NCBI RefSeq assembly: GCF_009914755.1
Contig: NC_060933.1
Direction: 5' to 3' (one strand)
Source: the human T2T-CHM13v2.0 reference genome, Homo sapiens
Length of the DNA: 64,000 bases
The position numbers and the translations under genes were made by a program. Numbering within the stretch: position 1 is the first letter of the stretch; every line of letters starts with the position of its first letter. This document shows positions 52,510 through 64,000 of the stretch, in pieces. The notes beneath the pieces are model-generated. The model was not told the origin of the DNA. It saw nothing but the letters and a program-made list of their open reading frames with translations, and did not search any database.

Positions 52510-54290
52510 ATTTACCTGTTCACCCATCCAAATGTTTATTGATGGCTTGCGTGTGTCAGAAACTGTGCTAAGTGCTGGGGGAACATGGGGAGAAAAAAAT
52601 GTTGGACAGTCCCTCCAGAAGCTTATTTTTTGAAGATGGTGGACAGATTACTAACTCATTACAAAATATAATTAACTGCTATAGAAGAAAGAGACAGGGT
52701 GCTGCAGAAGAGGGAGGCCCTATTTAGAAAGTACGGTCAGGAAAAGACCTTGAGGATGTGACAATTAAGCAGAGACCTCCAGGTTAAGAAGGAATTAGCC
52801 ATGTGAAAAGTCGAGGATGCAGCAGGCAAGAAGGCTCCAGAAAGGTGGGAGAAAGTGTGGTGTAAAGACAGCAAGGGAAAGGGTGGAAGAGGGGGCAGGG
52901 GCCAGATCAGAGAAGCAGGAGGTTTGGGATATGCTTTTGACACAGAACAGTGGGACTCGCACACTGTCCAGATGAAAGGGTGTACAAAAAGGAGGCAGTG
53001 AGGATGACACCAGGTTTCTTGGTTAAGCAGGGGAACAAATACACCTAAGTGGACTATAGGGAATTGAGGGTGCTGGAGATGATCCCAGGGTGGGGAGAGG
53101 ATCACAAGCTCATCTTCATGCAGGTGATGCTGTGGTACCCGAGGGAAACCCACATAGGCAGGCAGATGGATATTCAGCAAAGCTGGGAGTCCAGGGGAAA
53201 TGTTTCTTTAGAGATACACATTTAGGGGCTAACAGCAGTTAGAGGCTGTTGAAAGCCATGGGAAAGAATCAGTTCATCTAGGGAGAAGGGGGATATGGAG
53301 AGACAAGGCTCCCAAAGCTCTGAGAATTTCTGCCACTAGAGGCTGGTAAGGAAGAATATTCAGCAGAGGAGGTTGAAAGGAAGTAGCTGGAAAGGGAGGA
53401 AGAAAGGCAGAAGTGGGTGTTGTTACAAAAGCAGAGAGGAGAATACTATAAGGTAAGACAGTACTGAAAAGATAAGTCAAGTGACTCAGAAACAAGTCTA
53501 TTAGATCCAGCAGCCTCGAGGTCACTGATGTGAGCTTCAGTGGTGAGTGGAGAGTAAAGCCAGCTAGCATAGACAACTCTTTGTTGTGCATGGAGCATAT
53601 GCAACAGGCGGAGAAATGAGAGTAGTTATGCAGCAAGAGACCTGGGACCATGGAGGTTTAGTTTGCTACAACAAATGAGAGATACCAGAATGGTATGTCG
53701 AGAACATGCTGATCTTATAGAGGAGAGTCTGGTGAGTCCCTGAGTAGGTGCTGGAGGACAGGCAGAGAAATGAGAGTAGCTATGCAGCAAGAGACCGGGA
53801 CCATGGAGGTTTAGTTTGCTAAAACAAATGGGAGATACCAGAATGGTATGTCGAGAACATGCTGATCTTATAGAGAAGGGGAGTCTGGTGAGTCCCTGAG
53901 TAGGTGCACGAGGACAGGATACAGAGCACATGGAGAGGAACTGTGACGGGAACAGGGATGCTTCCTCCATCATGACTCCAGAAAGGAGCAGATGTTGGTG
54001 AATCTACTGGGAGGGAAGAGCAGGGCATTATTTCGCAAAGGCTTTGTTTTTTCAGTAAAGTATTAGGCAAGGTCACCTGCAAGGAATTGAAGCAATTAGC
54101 AAACAAACAAAAACTACTGCAATGTTGGCATGTGGAAAGGGCAAGGTCAGGAGGCAGCTGACTGACTTAAGGTCTTAAAAAAAGAAGAATTGTCATAGCC
54201 TGAGGGTTCTTGAGCCAATGAGCTGCAAGGGTAAGTCAAGTGGTGGTCAGATGCAGGTATCTACAATAAAGGTTTTAGAGTTGATGTAGT
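52510..54290 (-). mobile_element. L2 element
   Basis: Reverse complement of the L2 3' end (caaatgtttattga...ctgtgctaagtgctgggg) followed by a long purine-rich L2 body. Confidence 0.7.
53604..53918. repeat. About 155-bp tandem duplication
   Basis: Two highly similar copies at 53604-53757 and 53758-53913, bounded by acagg microhomology. Confidence 0.92.
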
Positions 54291-54390
54291 TTTTTCTTTA
54301 TTGGACTGTACTGAACATTGAACTTAATACTTCATTCCACTTCTCTGAACAGCTGGCTTGTCAAACCAAACAGAACTACCAAATACTTGC

Positions 54391-54504
54391 CTTTATGACT
54401 CAACACTCCGCCAAATTGGTAGTTACATTCTTCTACCCTGCTGTGTCAACCTGAGGGAGTCACACCATATATTTTTCCACATCGACAACAGAGCTTCTTA
54501 GGTG
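54391..54504 (-). pseudogene. REXO6P: REXO1-like pseudo-exon D (Cys-rich; stop and dead acceptor)
   Basis: 114 bp. PKKLCCRCGKIYGVTPSG*HSRVEECNYQFGGVLSHK versus recalled REXO1 [36 protein letters not shown]. Acceptor is tttcGG and donor is GCaagt. Confidence 0.9.
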
Positions 54505-55009
54505 CCGAAACAAAACATGAAGTAGGATTATTCCAGATGAGATGGGAGAGAAAAGGTAAATGAACCAATGTGGAGACTTGCCTTTGCATGCTTGATCCTG
54601 TGGGAAGCACATACCCAGTGTGATTACAGAGTAACAGGAGAAGTTACAGGATCACTCAAGGGAGAATTTGCAAGTGGCTTGCTTATTGCACCAGGGCTGC
54701 TGCTGCTTAAACAGGCACCCCCTCCCCGCTACCTAGCTCCAAAGTCAGCCCAGTGCCAGCCAATTGTAGTTTTAGTGTTACAACTTGACTGTAACCAACT
54801 TGACCAGTCAACTACTCTAGTACATAATAGCTCCCTGAAATAGGAGCCATGTCTTCCTTATGATTTTATCCCTTCAAGAGTCTCCCACAATAAACTGTAC
54901 ATTTATTATTAAGTTATTAAGAGTATATCTGCGTTTTTCACTAGACCCATTCATGAATATTTGTTTTATTAATAAACCTCAGACTGGTTCTGATAGTGAT
55001 AATAATGGT

Positions 55010-55830
55010 GATAACAGCAACTCTTATTTGAATATCCATGATGAGATTAGATTATGAGGCAGGCTCTGTGTCAAGCACTCTATATACATTATTTTAATGG
55101 ATTCTCACAACAACCTGATGGGGTAGTTATCATTATCCTCATATTCAGAATGAGAAAACAGAGGGTAGGAGGGGTTAAATGACTTATCTAGCATCCAGAC
55201 CTTGAATAACACTTCACTGAGAAAACAGCCTTTAGGAAGCCTGACTTCCCCCTTCAGAGTCCATATTCTTACCTGCTAAGTGTATTGCCTTCCATTGAGG
55301 GGATGTGAAAAAATAAAACAAAACGAGAAAAGCTAATAGTGAAGATAATCCCAAGGGAGAAGTCCTAAAGATGCAGAAGATGACAAATATTTTCTAGTCA
55401 CTGTAGAATATTTGTATAACTGCATTTCATACTCTGATCATCAACCTAAAGTTTGACAGCTGTGATGTTTAGCATTCTCTCTCAGTGGGGATGAACATAT
55501 TAACTAATTATGCCTAGTATTTGGAGAACATGCAAAATAAGACTAATTATAAATCTTTGTATAATAATTCACAGTGAGAATTTATAGTTTTCAAAACATG
55601 GCATTGTATATGTAAATGAATAGTGATGAAGAGTAAGAGCTCAGGAGTTGGACACCTTGGCTTCAAATCCTGGCTCTCCCACTTATTTTCTGTGACCTTT
55701 GACAAGTTATTTGAATTCTCTGAACATCAGTTTCCTCATTTGTGTAATCAGGGGAATAACAATGCTTACCTGAAATGGTTGTTTTGAGGACTTAATAAAG
55801 TAGATCACTTAGATAAAATTAAGCACCTAG
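55010..55830. mobile_element. MIR fragments (about 55010-55270 minus, about 55620-55830 plus)
   Basis: MIR cores (ctcacaacaacctgatggggtag; ttcaaatcctggctctcccactta...cagtttcctcatttgt). Confidence 0.65.
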
Positions 55831-56055
55831 ATAATTGAAATGAAAAGGGAAATGATACACAGTGCAAAAATGTTTTTATCAGTGGTATAACTATGCTGAC
55901 CAAAAAATCTCATTTCCACTAAAATAATTATACATAAACATATATATAAACATATATAAAAACATAAACATATATATATATTTATCAGAACACTGGGCCC
56001 CCTAGGTTTCAGTCTTAGCATGTAGAAAGGGTAATTGTGGGCCCCATCTACTTAC

Positions 56056-56194
56056 CATCATTTCCAAGTTTTTTTCACGCCTAGGTTTAAAAGAATACTT
56101 CCTGGTTTGTTGGGGTATGGTCTAGGGTAGTTATTTTTGTGTAGCTGTTCCTCAGTTAGCAAGTAGTTTTTAAGATGTCTATAGAGAATAACTC
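56056..56194 (-). pseudogene. REXO6P: REXO1-like pseudo-exon C (frameshifted)
   Basis: catag|GA...GATG|gtaagt, 139 bp. GVILYRHLKNYLLTEEQLHKNNYPRPYPNKPGS versus recalled REXO1 [33 protein letters not shown]. A net +1 nt near the A7 run breaks phase. Confidence 0.92.
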
Positions 56195-57269
56195 CTATGA
56201 GCACTAAGAAAAAAAGAAAAGCTATTCCATAAAATTTATGTAGCATTATCTTTCTTTACATTGTGGTAAGGTTAGAGTTTACCAACCCTTTCAGATCTGA
56301 AATGCTAGGGTTCTGATTAAGTAAGGTAGTGGCCTAAAAGAATTCTAGGTCTTCATATCCATCATCCAGCAACACCAACAAAACCGACATTGTTCCGTAT
56401 ACCATGTGACATCATACGCTTTGGGTGAGAAAAGGGAAGAATCATATCAGTAATAGCATATAGTAAGCATAGCACTTTGGTTTAAACTTTACATTAACTT
56501 AGAAAGGCAACTGCATTGATTTCATTTTTACAGATGAGGAAAATGAGGCTCAGAAAAATAAAGACACATGCCCAAGGTTACACAGCACAACTGACACACA
56601 AACCCAGGCCTTCTGGTTCCAAACTATGCGGTTATCCTTAATATTCAGACAAGGTTACAACAAACGCTTATAATCAAGGACCACAAAGGGAAACACGACA
56701 AGTCTCTCATGGCAAAAGAGTTCAAGTTCAGGTTCCATTTCCAACATCACTAACCCAGACCAAGAGCCCCTCATTTTTATGGATTCTTTTAGAATTTTAT
56801 CTATTTTCTTATTTAAAACTCTAACAGAATTTGCTAGATACTCTTTGGTAAACGCTTTGGCAAAAGGAAAAATTATTTTGTGAGAAGTATTAGGAGATTC
56901 AAAAGGATCTATTTTGTTTTCAGTCTCATATGTAAGGCTTTATTAGAGGAGAAGCACTACCATTTGCTTTTATTCAAAATGTAGCCAAAGTCTAATAACT
57001 CCTTTTCTGTAGCTTCTTGCTCCTTGGAGTTTGTTATAAATTCAGGGTTTGAGATCCCTCCCAGACCTACTGAACCAGATTCTGCATTTTAACAAGAGTC
57101 CCGTGTAATTCAAACCCATGTAAAGTTTGACATTTGAGAAGCATTGGTCTTGCTGACTGGACATACGTTAACCAAAAAAGAAAATTAACACATGCTAATC
57201 AAAAAAGCAAAATAGTTGAGAATTCAATCCAAATATAGCTTAAATGTAAGTTCTTTTCCCTTATTTATA

Positions 57270-57652
57270 CTTTTTTTTTATTTTACTTGAAATTCTGGGA
57301 TACTTGTGCTGAACGTGCAGGTTTGTCACATAAGTATACATATCTCATGGTGATTTGCTGCACCTATCAACCCATCATCTAGGTTTTAAGCCCCACATGC
57401 GTTAGGTATTTGTCCTAATGCTCTCCCTCCCCTTGCCTCCCACCCCGACAGGCCCCAGTGTGTGATGTTCTGCTCGTGTCCATGTGTTCTCATTGTTCAA
57501 CTCCCACTTATGAGTGAGAACACGCAGTGCTTGGTTTTCTGTTCCTGTGTTAGTTTGCTGACAATGATGGTTTCCAGCTTCATCCATGTCCCTGTAAAGG
57601 ACATGAACTCACTCTTTTCTATGGCTGCACAGTATTCCATGGTGTATTTGTA
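57270..57652 (-). mobile_element. L1PA 3'-end fragment
   Basis: Reverse complement of the L1 3'UTR and ORF2 end. Confidence 0.9.
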
Positions 57653-57798
57653 CTGATTTTTTAAAAGGATATAAAAAATGCATAGTATGCAGTTGACCCT
57701 TCATAAACATAATAATTTAGTATTTGTACTATACCAGGGTTACTTTCCCCTTAAGGTATCAATTACAGGGCTTATTACTATTATTACAGTAAGCTTAC

Positions 57799-58179
57799 CA
57801 TTTTTGTGTTCCTTCCCCCACTCCCCCCCCCCCCTTTTTTTTTTGAGACAGAATCTTGCTCTGTCACCAGGCTGGAGTGCAGTGGCGCGATCTCAGCTCA
57901 CTGCAACCTGTGTCCCAGGTTCAAGCAATTCTCCTGCCTCAGCCTCCCGAGTGGCTGGGACTACAGGTATACAACACCACGCCCAGCTAATTTTTGTATT
58001 TTTAGTAGAGACGGAGTTTCACCATGTCGGCCAGGATGGTCTCGATCTCTTGACTTCGTGATCCACCTGCCTCGGCCTCCCAAAGTGCTGGGATTACAGG
58101 CGTGAGCCACCGCGTGTGGCCTATTTTTCTGTTCCTACTCTCTAAATTGTTTTCTTGTCATTACTGCTTCTAGGCACGA
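57799..58179 (-). pseudogene. REXO6P: Candidate linker pseudo-exon B, split by an Alu insertion
   Basis: tcttttag| acceptor at 58180 and G|gtaagc donor at 57798. Removing the Alu plus one TSD leaves a 58-nt exon-like unit. No clear protein homology. Confidence 0.4.
57814..58121 (-). mobile_element. Alu (AluSc-like) with C-rich tail extension
   Basis: Reverse Alu. TSD atttttgtgttcct (57800-57813) / atttttctgttcct (58123-58136). Confidence 0.93.
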
Positions 58180-58655
58180 CTAAAAGATACAAGAAATTCT
58201 CTGAAATTAATGATTATTCTTGTCTGTTCCATAAAAACACATAGCACATTAAAAAAGATATAAGCATGGTAAAATATTTATTTTTATCTTAAAACAAGTA
58301 TCCAACATGTGAGTCCAAATGTCTTCATAACAAATTCCAAGCTGGGAAAAAAGTTAAATCTACTGAACTATTAAAAATGTCAAGACTTGATATTTGCTCA
58401 AATTAATACATTTTGTATAATGGATTATGTCTAAATTTGAGTCAATATGTTTTATATTATAATTTACCACAACTGTAACAACTTGCAAACCATTTCTATT
58501 TTCATGGGAAATATTTAAAACAGATACTAAGACCTCTACGTTCCATTTCTATGTGCTATATTTAATATGAATAGAAGGGGGAAGAGTTAGCTTAACCTGA
58601 AAAGACTAACCTAACAGACCCTGCATATATTAACACATGTATTTAAATCTATTTA

Positions 58656-58970
<315 letters not shown>

Positions 58971-58999
58971 ACCCCTAAAGTGTCATACATAAGAAATGC

Positions 59000-60260
59000 C
59001 ACAAAAATCATAGATTGATAGTTTATGTTCTTGAGATTGGAATAGTCTGAGACAAAACCCAGAAATCAAAGAGACTGATTACACTTTGCAATCACATCTA
59101 TCTAATAATACTTCATAAATAAGGCTGAAGAACAAACGATAAACTGAGGAATGGATTTGCAGCACATTAAAACGGTGATAGGCAAAGGTTGTTCCAGATG
59201 AACAGACCAATAAGAAACGGGGGAGTGGGAGGAGGGATGCAGAAGAGAGAGAAAGAAAAAAAAAGAACCGCTTTAACTCTGCCAGTAATAAATTTTTTTA
59301 AAAAAGACTAACTTCAGGCCAGTCGTGGTGGCTTATGCCCGTAATCCCAACACTTTGGGAGGTCTACGTGGGAGGACTGCTTGAGCTCAGGCACACGAGA
59401 CCAAGCCTGGGCAATGTGGTATAACCCCATCTCTACAAAAAATACAAAAATTAGCTGAGTGTGATGGAGTATGCTTGTAGTCCCAGCTACTCAACAGGCT
59501 GAAGTGGGAGGATCCCTTGACCATGGGAGGCGAAGGATTGAACCCCTGCACTCCAGCCTGGGCAACAGAGCCTCACCGTGTCTCGAAAAGAAAAGAAAAA
59601 AAACTAACTTCATTTTTGCTCTACACCATTGCAGTCTGACAGAGGCTAAATGATAAGCTTTGGCAAGGTGTGAGAAAAACACATATACTTCTACTTTATC
59701 GAAGGGGAATATAAATGGGCAAACTCTTTGGATGCAGTTAGCAATATTTACCAGTTTCAAACACGCAGACCCTTGCTTCTGCGCACAGGAATTTGTGCTA
59801 GGATACATATCATCATGTAGGAGAAAATGTTAGAGGTTACACTTAAATTTATCACAGAATATATAGAAAAATATTTTTTTCTATGTGAAATAATCATCTA
59901 CAAAAGTCAGAGAAAAAAATCATATATGAAAAAGTCATATAGGAAAAAATGTAAGCACTCCAAATATCCAAATGTGTTTGGGCCACCACTACGCCCGGCT
60001 AACTTTTGTATCTTTAGTATAAGTTCTATAGAAAAGAATATCTATCGTATAGATTCTACATAATAGAATATCGTAGCCATTATAAAAAGCATGATATTGA
60101 TCCAGATGTTAACAGATTCTAGATTAACTGACAAGGCCTCTGATACCTTATTCAGTGAAAATAGCTAGACATACTGTATATATAAAATTATCATATTCAC
60201 TAAAAATTTTAAAACTATATACATCTCTGTAGTAATACATAGAAAGGTCTAAATAAGAAA
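59000..60260 (+). mobile_element. Old L1M(E-type) 3' fragment
   Basis: Degenerate L1 ORF2-end and 3'UTR motifs, interrupted by an Alu. Confidence 0.55.
59317..59596 (+). mobile_element. Alu (AluJ-like)
   Basis: TSD aaaaagactaacttca (59301-59316) / aaaaaaactaacttca (59597-59612). Confidence 0.92.
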
Positions 60261-60324
60261 TATGAAAGAGTTGTCTTGGCTGCTTTTTACTCTTTATGTT
60301 TTTCTATATTATTTGAATTCATGC

Positions 60325-60710
60325 CATACATTCTTGATGGAACTGATACTGCCCACAAGGGAGCAAAATTGACTCTTGAGGGATGAAGAAAATCTTAAAT
60401 ACTATGATGGTATATGGTTCTTCAAAATTCAACCTTACCTAATAAAATCTTATCCCTTGGCACTTATTTTTTTTTATTATTAGTATACTTTAAGTTTTAG
60501 GGTACATGTGCACAATGTGCAGGTTAGTTACATATGTATACACGTGCCATGCTGGTGTGCTGCACCCATTAACTCGTCATTTAGCATTAGGTGTATCTCC
60601 TAAAGCGGCACTTAATTTTATGAAGGGGGAAGAGGGAGGTGATAGAAAAAATAATGTCTGCAAAGATTTCTTAGGGGGACGATAACGAAAACAAGGTTGA
60701 GAAATGCTAT
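60325..60710. mobile_element. hAT-Charlie-type DNA element interrupted by an L1 fragment
   Basis: Terminal ...aaggttgagaaatgct motif typical of Charlie TIRs. Confidence 0.45.
60467..60606 (-). mobile_element. Very short 5'-truncated young L1 (L1PA2/3-like 3'UTR)
   Basis: tatactttaagttttagggtacatgtgcacaatgtgcaggttag... TSD ggcactta at 60459-60466 and 60607-60614. Confidence 0.92.
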
Positions 60711-60981
60711 TCCGCATAGAAGTGAGTTACTTTCATAACCAGAAAACAAGTTTAAATATTTCAGTGATAACCTCTGACAATAAGGTTATAGTTATACATC
60801 CAATTTCAAATGCAGCTGATTTTCAACCACAAGTACCACCTACACATTCCACTAAAGAGACTATTTAAAAAATAAATTCCTTGGTATAAGCTAAAGATGG
60901 CCCTACTAATGAGAAAAAGTATTCAGGGTCAGGTACTAATTACAGGTTTTATCACTTGATTAATTGAAAAAAATAAATTAC

Positions 60982-61078
60982 CTTGATCTCTTAGCTTCTT
61001 AAGATAATTTACTGCTATGTTCACATACATATTTCTCCTGCTACACCTTTCATATATTGCCTTTTTTTCTATTTTAGC
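60982..61078 (-). pseudogene. REXO6P: REXO1-like pseudo-exon A
   Basis: cctag|GCT...CAAG|gtaatt, 97 bp. AKIEKKAIYERCSRRNMYVNIAVNYLKKLRDQ versus recalled REXO1 [31 protein letters not shown]. Confidence 0.88.
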
Positions 61079-61263
61079 CTAGGTCAAAAATTGAATAATT
61101 AAATATTAAGCCAAAAGCCTATGAACAGGAAATGTCATTTGCAATATAATGAATATGGCAAAATATTTATGTAACTTAATGAATGGGGGAAAACTGTGCC
61201 ACCAATGAAAAGCAACTTATTTTCCATTTTGTGTTTGTTTTTTAAGAAGAAAAAAAAAAAATA

Positions 61264-61563
61264 GTCCGGGCATGGTGGCTCACGTCTGTAATCCTAGCAC
61301 TTTGGGAGGCCGAGGTGGGTGGACCACTTGAGGCCAGGAGTTTGAGACTAGCCTGGCCAACATGGTGAAAACACATCTCTACTAAAAATACAAAAATTAG
61401 CCCGGCGTGGTGGCAGGTGCCTGTAATCCCAGCTACTCCGCAGGCTGAGGCAGGAGAATCGCCTGAACCTGGGACGTGGAGGTTGCATTGAGTCGAGATC
61501 ACACCACTGCACTCCAGCCTGGAGGATAGAGAGAGATTCTGTCTCAAAAAAAGAAGAAAAAAA
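61264..61563 (+). mobile_element. Alu (AluS)
   Basis: Dimeric Alu with A-rich flanks. Confidence 0.92.
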
Positions 61564-62299
61564 ACAGTTCTATGACTCCAACCCAAGAACCAGATACTCT
61601 TGCTTCATAGACAAAAGGCTACTGTATATTGGTATACGGTATATAGTGCAATACCTATACAAAGCTGAGAATATACATCAATTCATTTGATTCTCACAGC
61701 CAGCCCCAAATATACCAGAGGCATATATTACTATTTCCATTTAAAAGAAACTAAGGCTCAAAGTGGTTAATTTGCTTAGGATTACACAGCAAATGGAGGA
61801 CATGATCTTCATTTTTTCTTCTATAAAATTTACCTTCCTGAAACCATTACATAATTATTTTTATACCAAGGGTCATTAAGTCAGTAAAAGGAAAAGGAAT
61901 GAAATATGAAAGAAACAAGCAAATGGAGTGTTATGATAATAAATATTAAATATATTATTAATTTATATACCTAGTATATGCAGGTTTGTTTTAAGCACAT
62001 TAAATGTTTTCTCATTTAATCTTCATTATGACTGTATGAGAATGGGTGTCATCACTGATTTATATGATGAAACTAGGCTTGAACAAAGGAAACATCTTGC
62101 TTATTGTTACAGAGCTGGTAATTGAACCTAGGTGTACCCAAATGCCACCAAGACTCTTCTCATTACACTAAATCATCAGAGATAAAGCCATGGGAGGTTA
62201 GAGGGAGTAAGGAAGAAAAGACACATGATGAAAAAAGACAAAGCTGGAAGAAAATGAACAACACATAAGAGGCTCATATTGTCCCTTTTTATTTTTGCC

Positions 62300-64000
<1,701 letters not shown>

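Noticed and set aside
53604-53918. Direct repeats as a CRISPR-like or functional array
   Set aside because: Only two adjacent copies with no spacers, inside an L2 relic in a mammalian genome.
54568-54843. 91-aa plus-strand ORF in unique sequence
   Set aside because: No recognisable homology or splice context; length is within chance expectation.
56058-56246. 62-aa ORF with a hydrophobic N-terminus as a secreted micropeptide
   Set aside because: The hydrophobic stretch is the translated polypyrimidine tract of the acceptor; the rest is REXO1-like pseudo-exon C.

Overview
Primate, almost certainly human, genomic DNA from the TEK (TIE2) locus at 9p21.2. The first 22.7 kb hold the last eight exons of TEK on the + strand (exons 16-23: kinase domain, C-terminal tail, 3'UTR). 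Its introns carry a processed RPL36A pseudogene and a full-length sense L1. The span 23-38 kb is almost all LINE-1. The main hidden system lies on the - strand from about 61.1 kb to 38.2 kb and is almost invisible in the ORF track. It is an intron-containing, disabled paralogue of the DEDDh exoribonuclease REXO1, with 8 well-supported exons plus one candidate, running convergently toward TEK. From memory this locus is C9orf14/LINC00032, renamed REXO6P; that should be verified. It carries stops, a frameshift, two dead splice acceptors and an apparently missing exon. All three catalytic aspartates are substituted (ExoI D>S, ExoII D>S, ExoIII D>N), suggesting it was a pseudo-nuclease before it became a pseudogene. 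Several locally templated insertion or inversion scars are also visible. All protein and repeat-family comparisons are from recalled sequences, not database searches.
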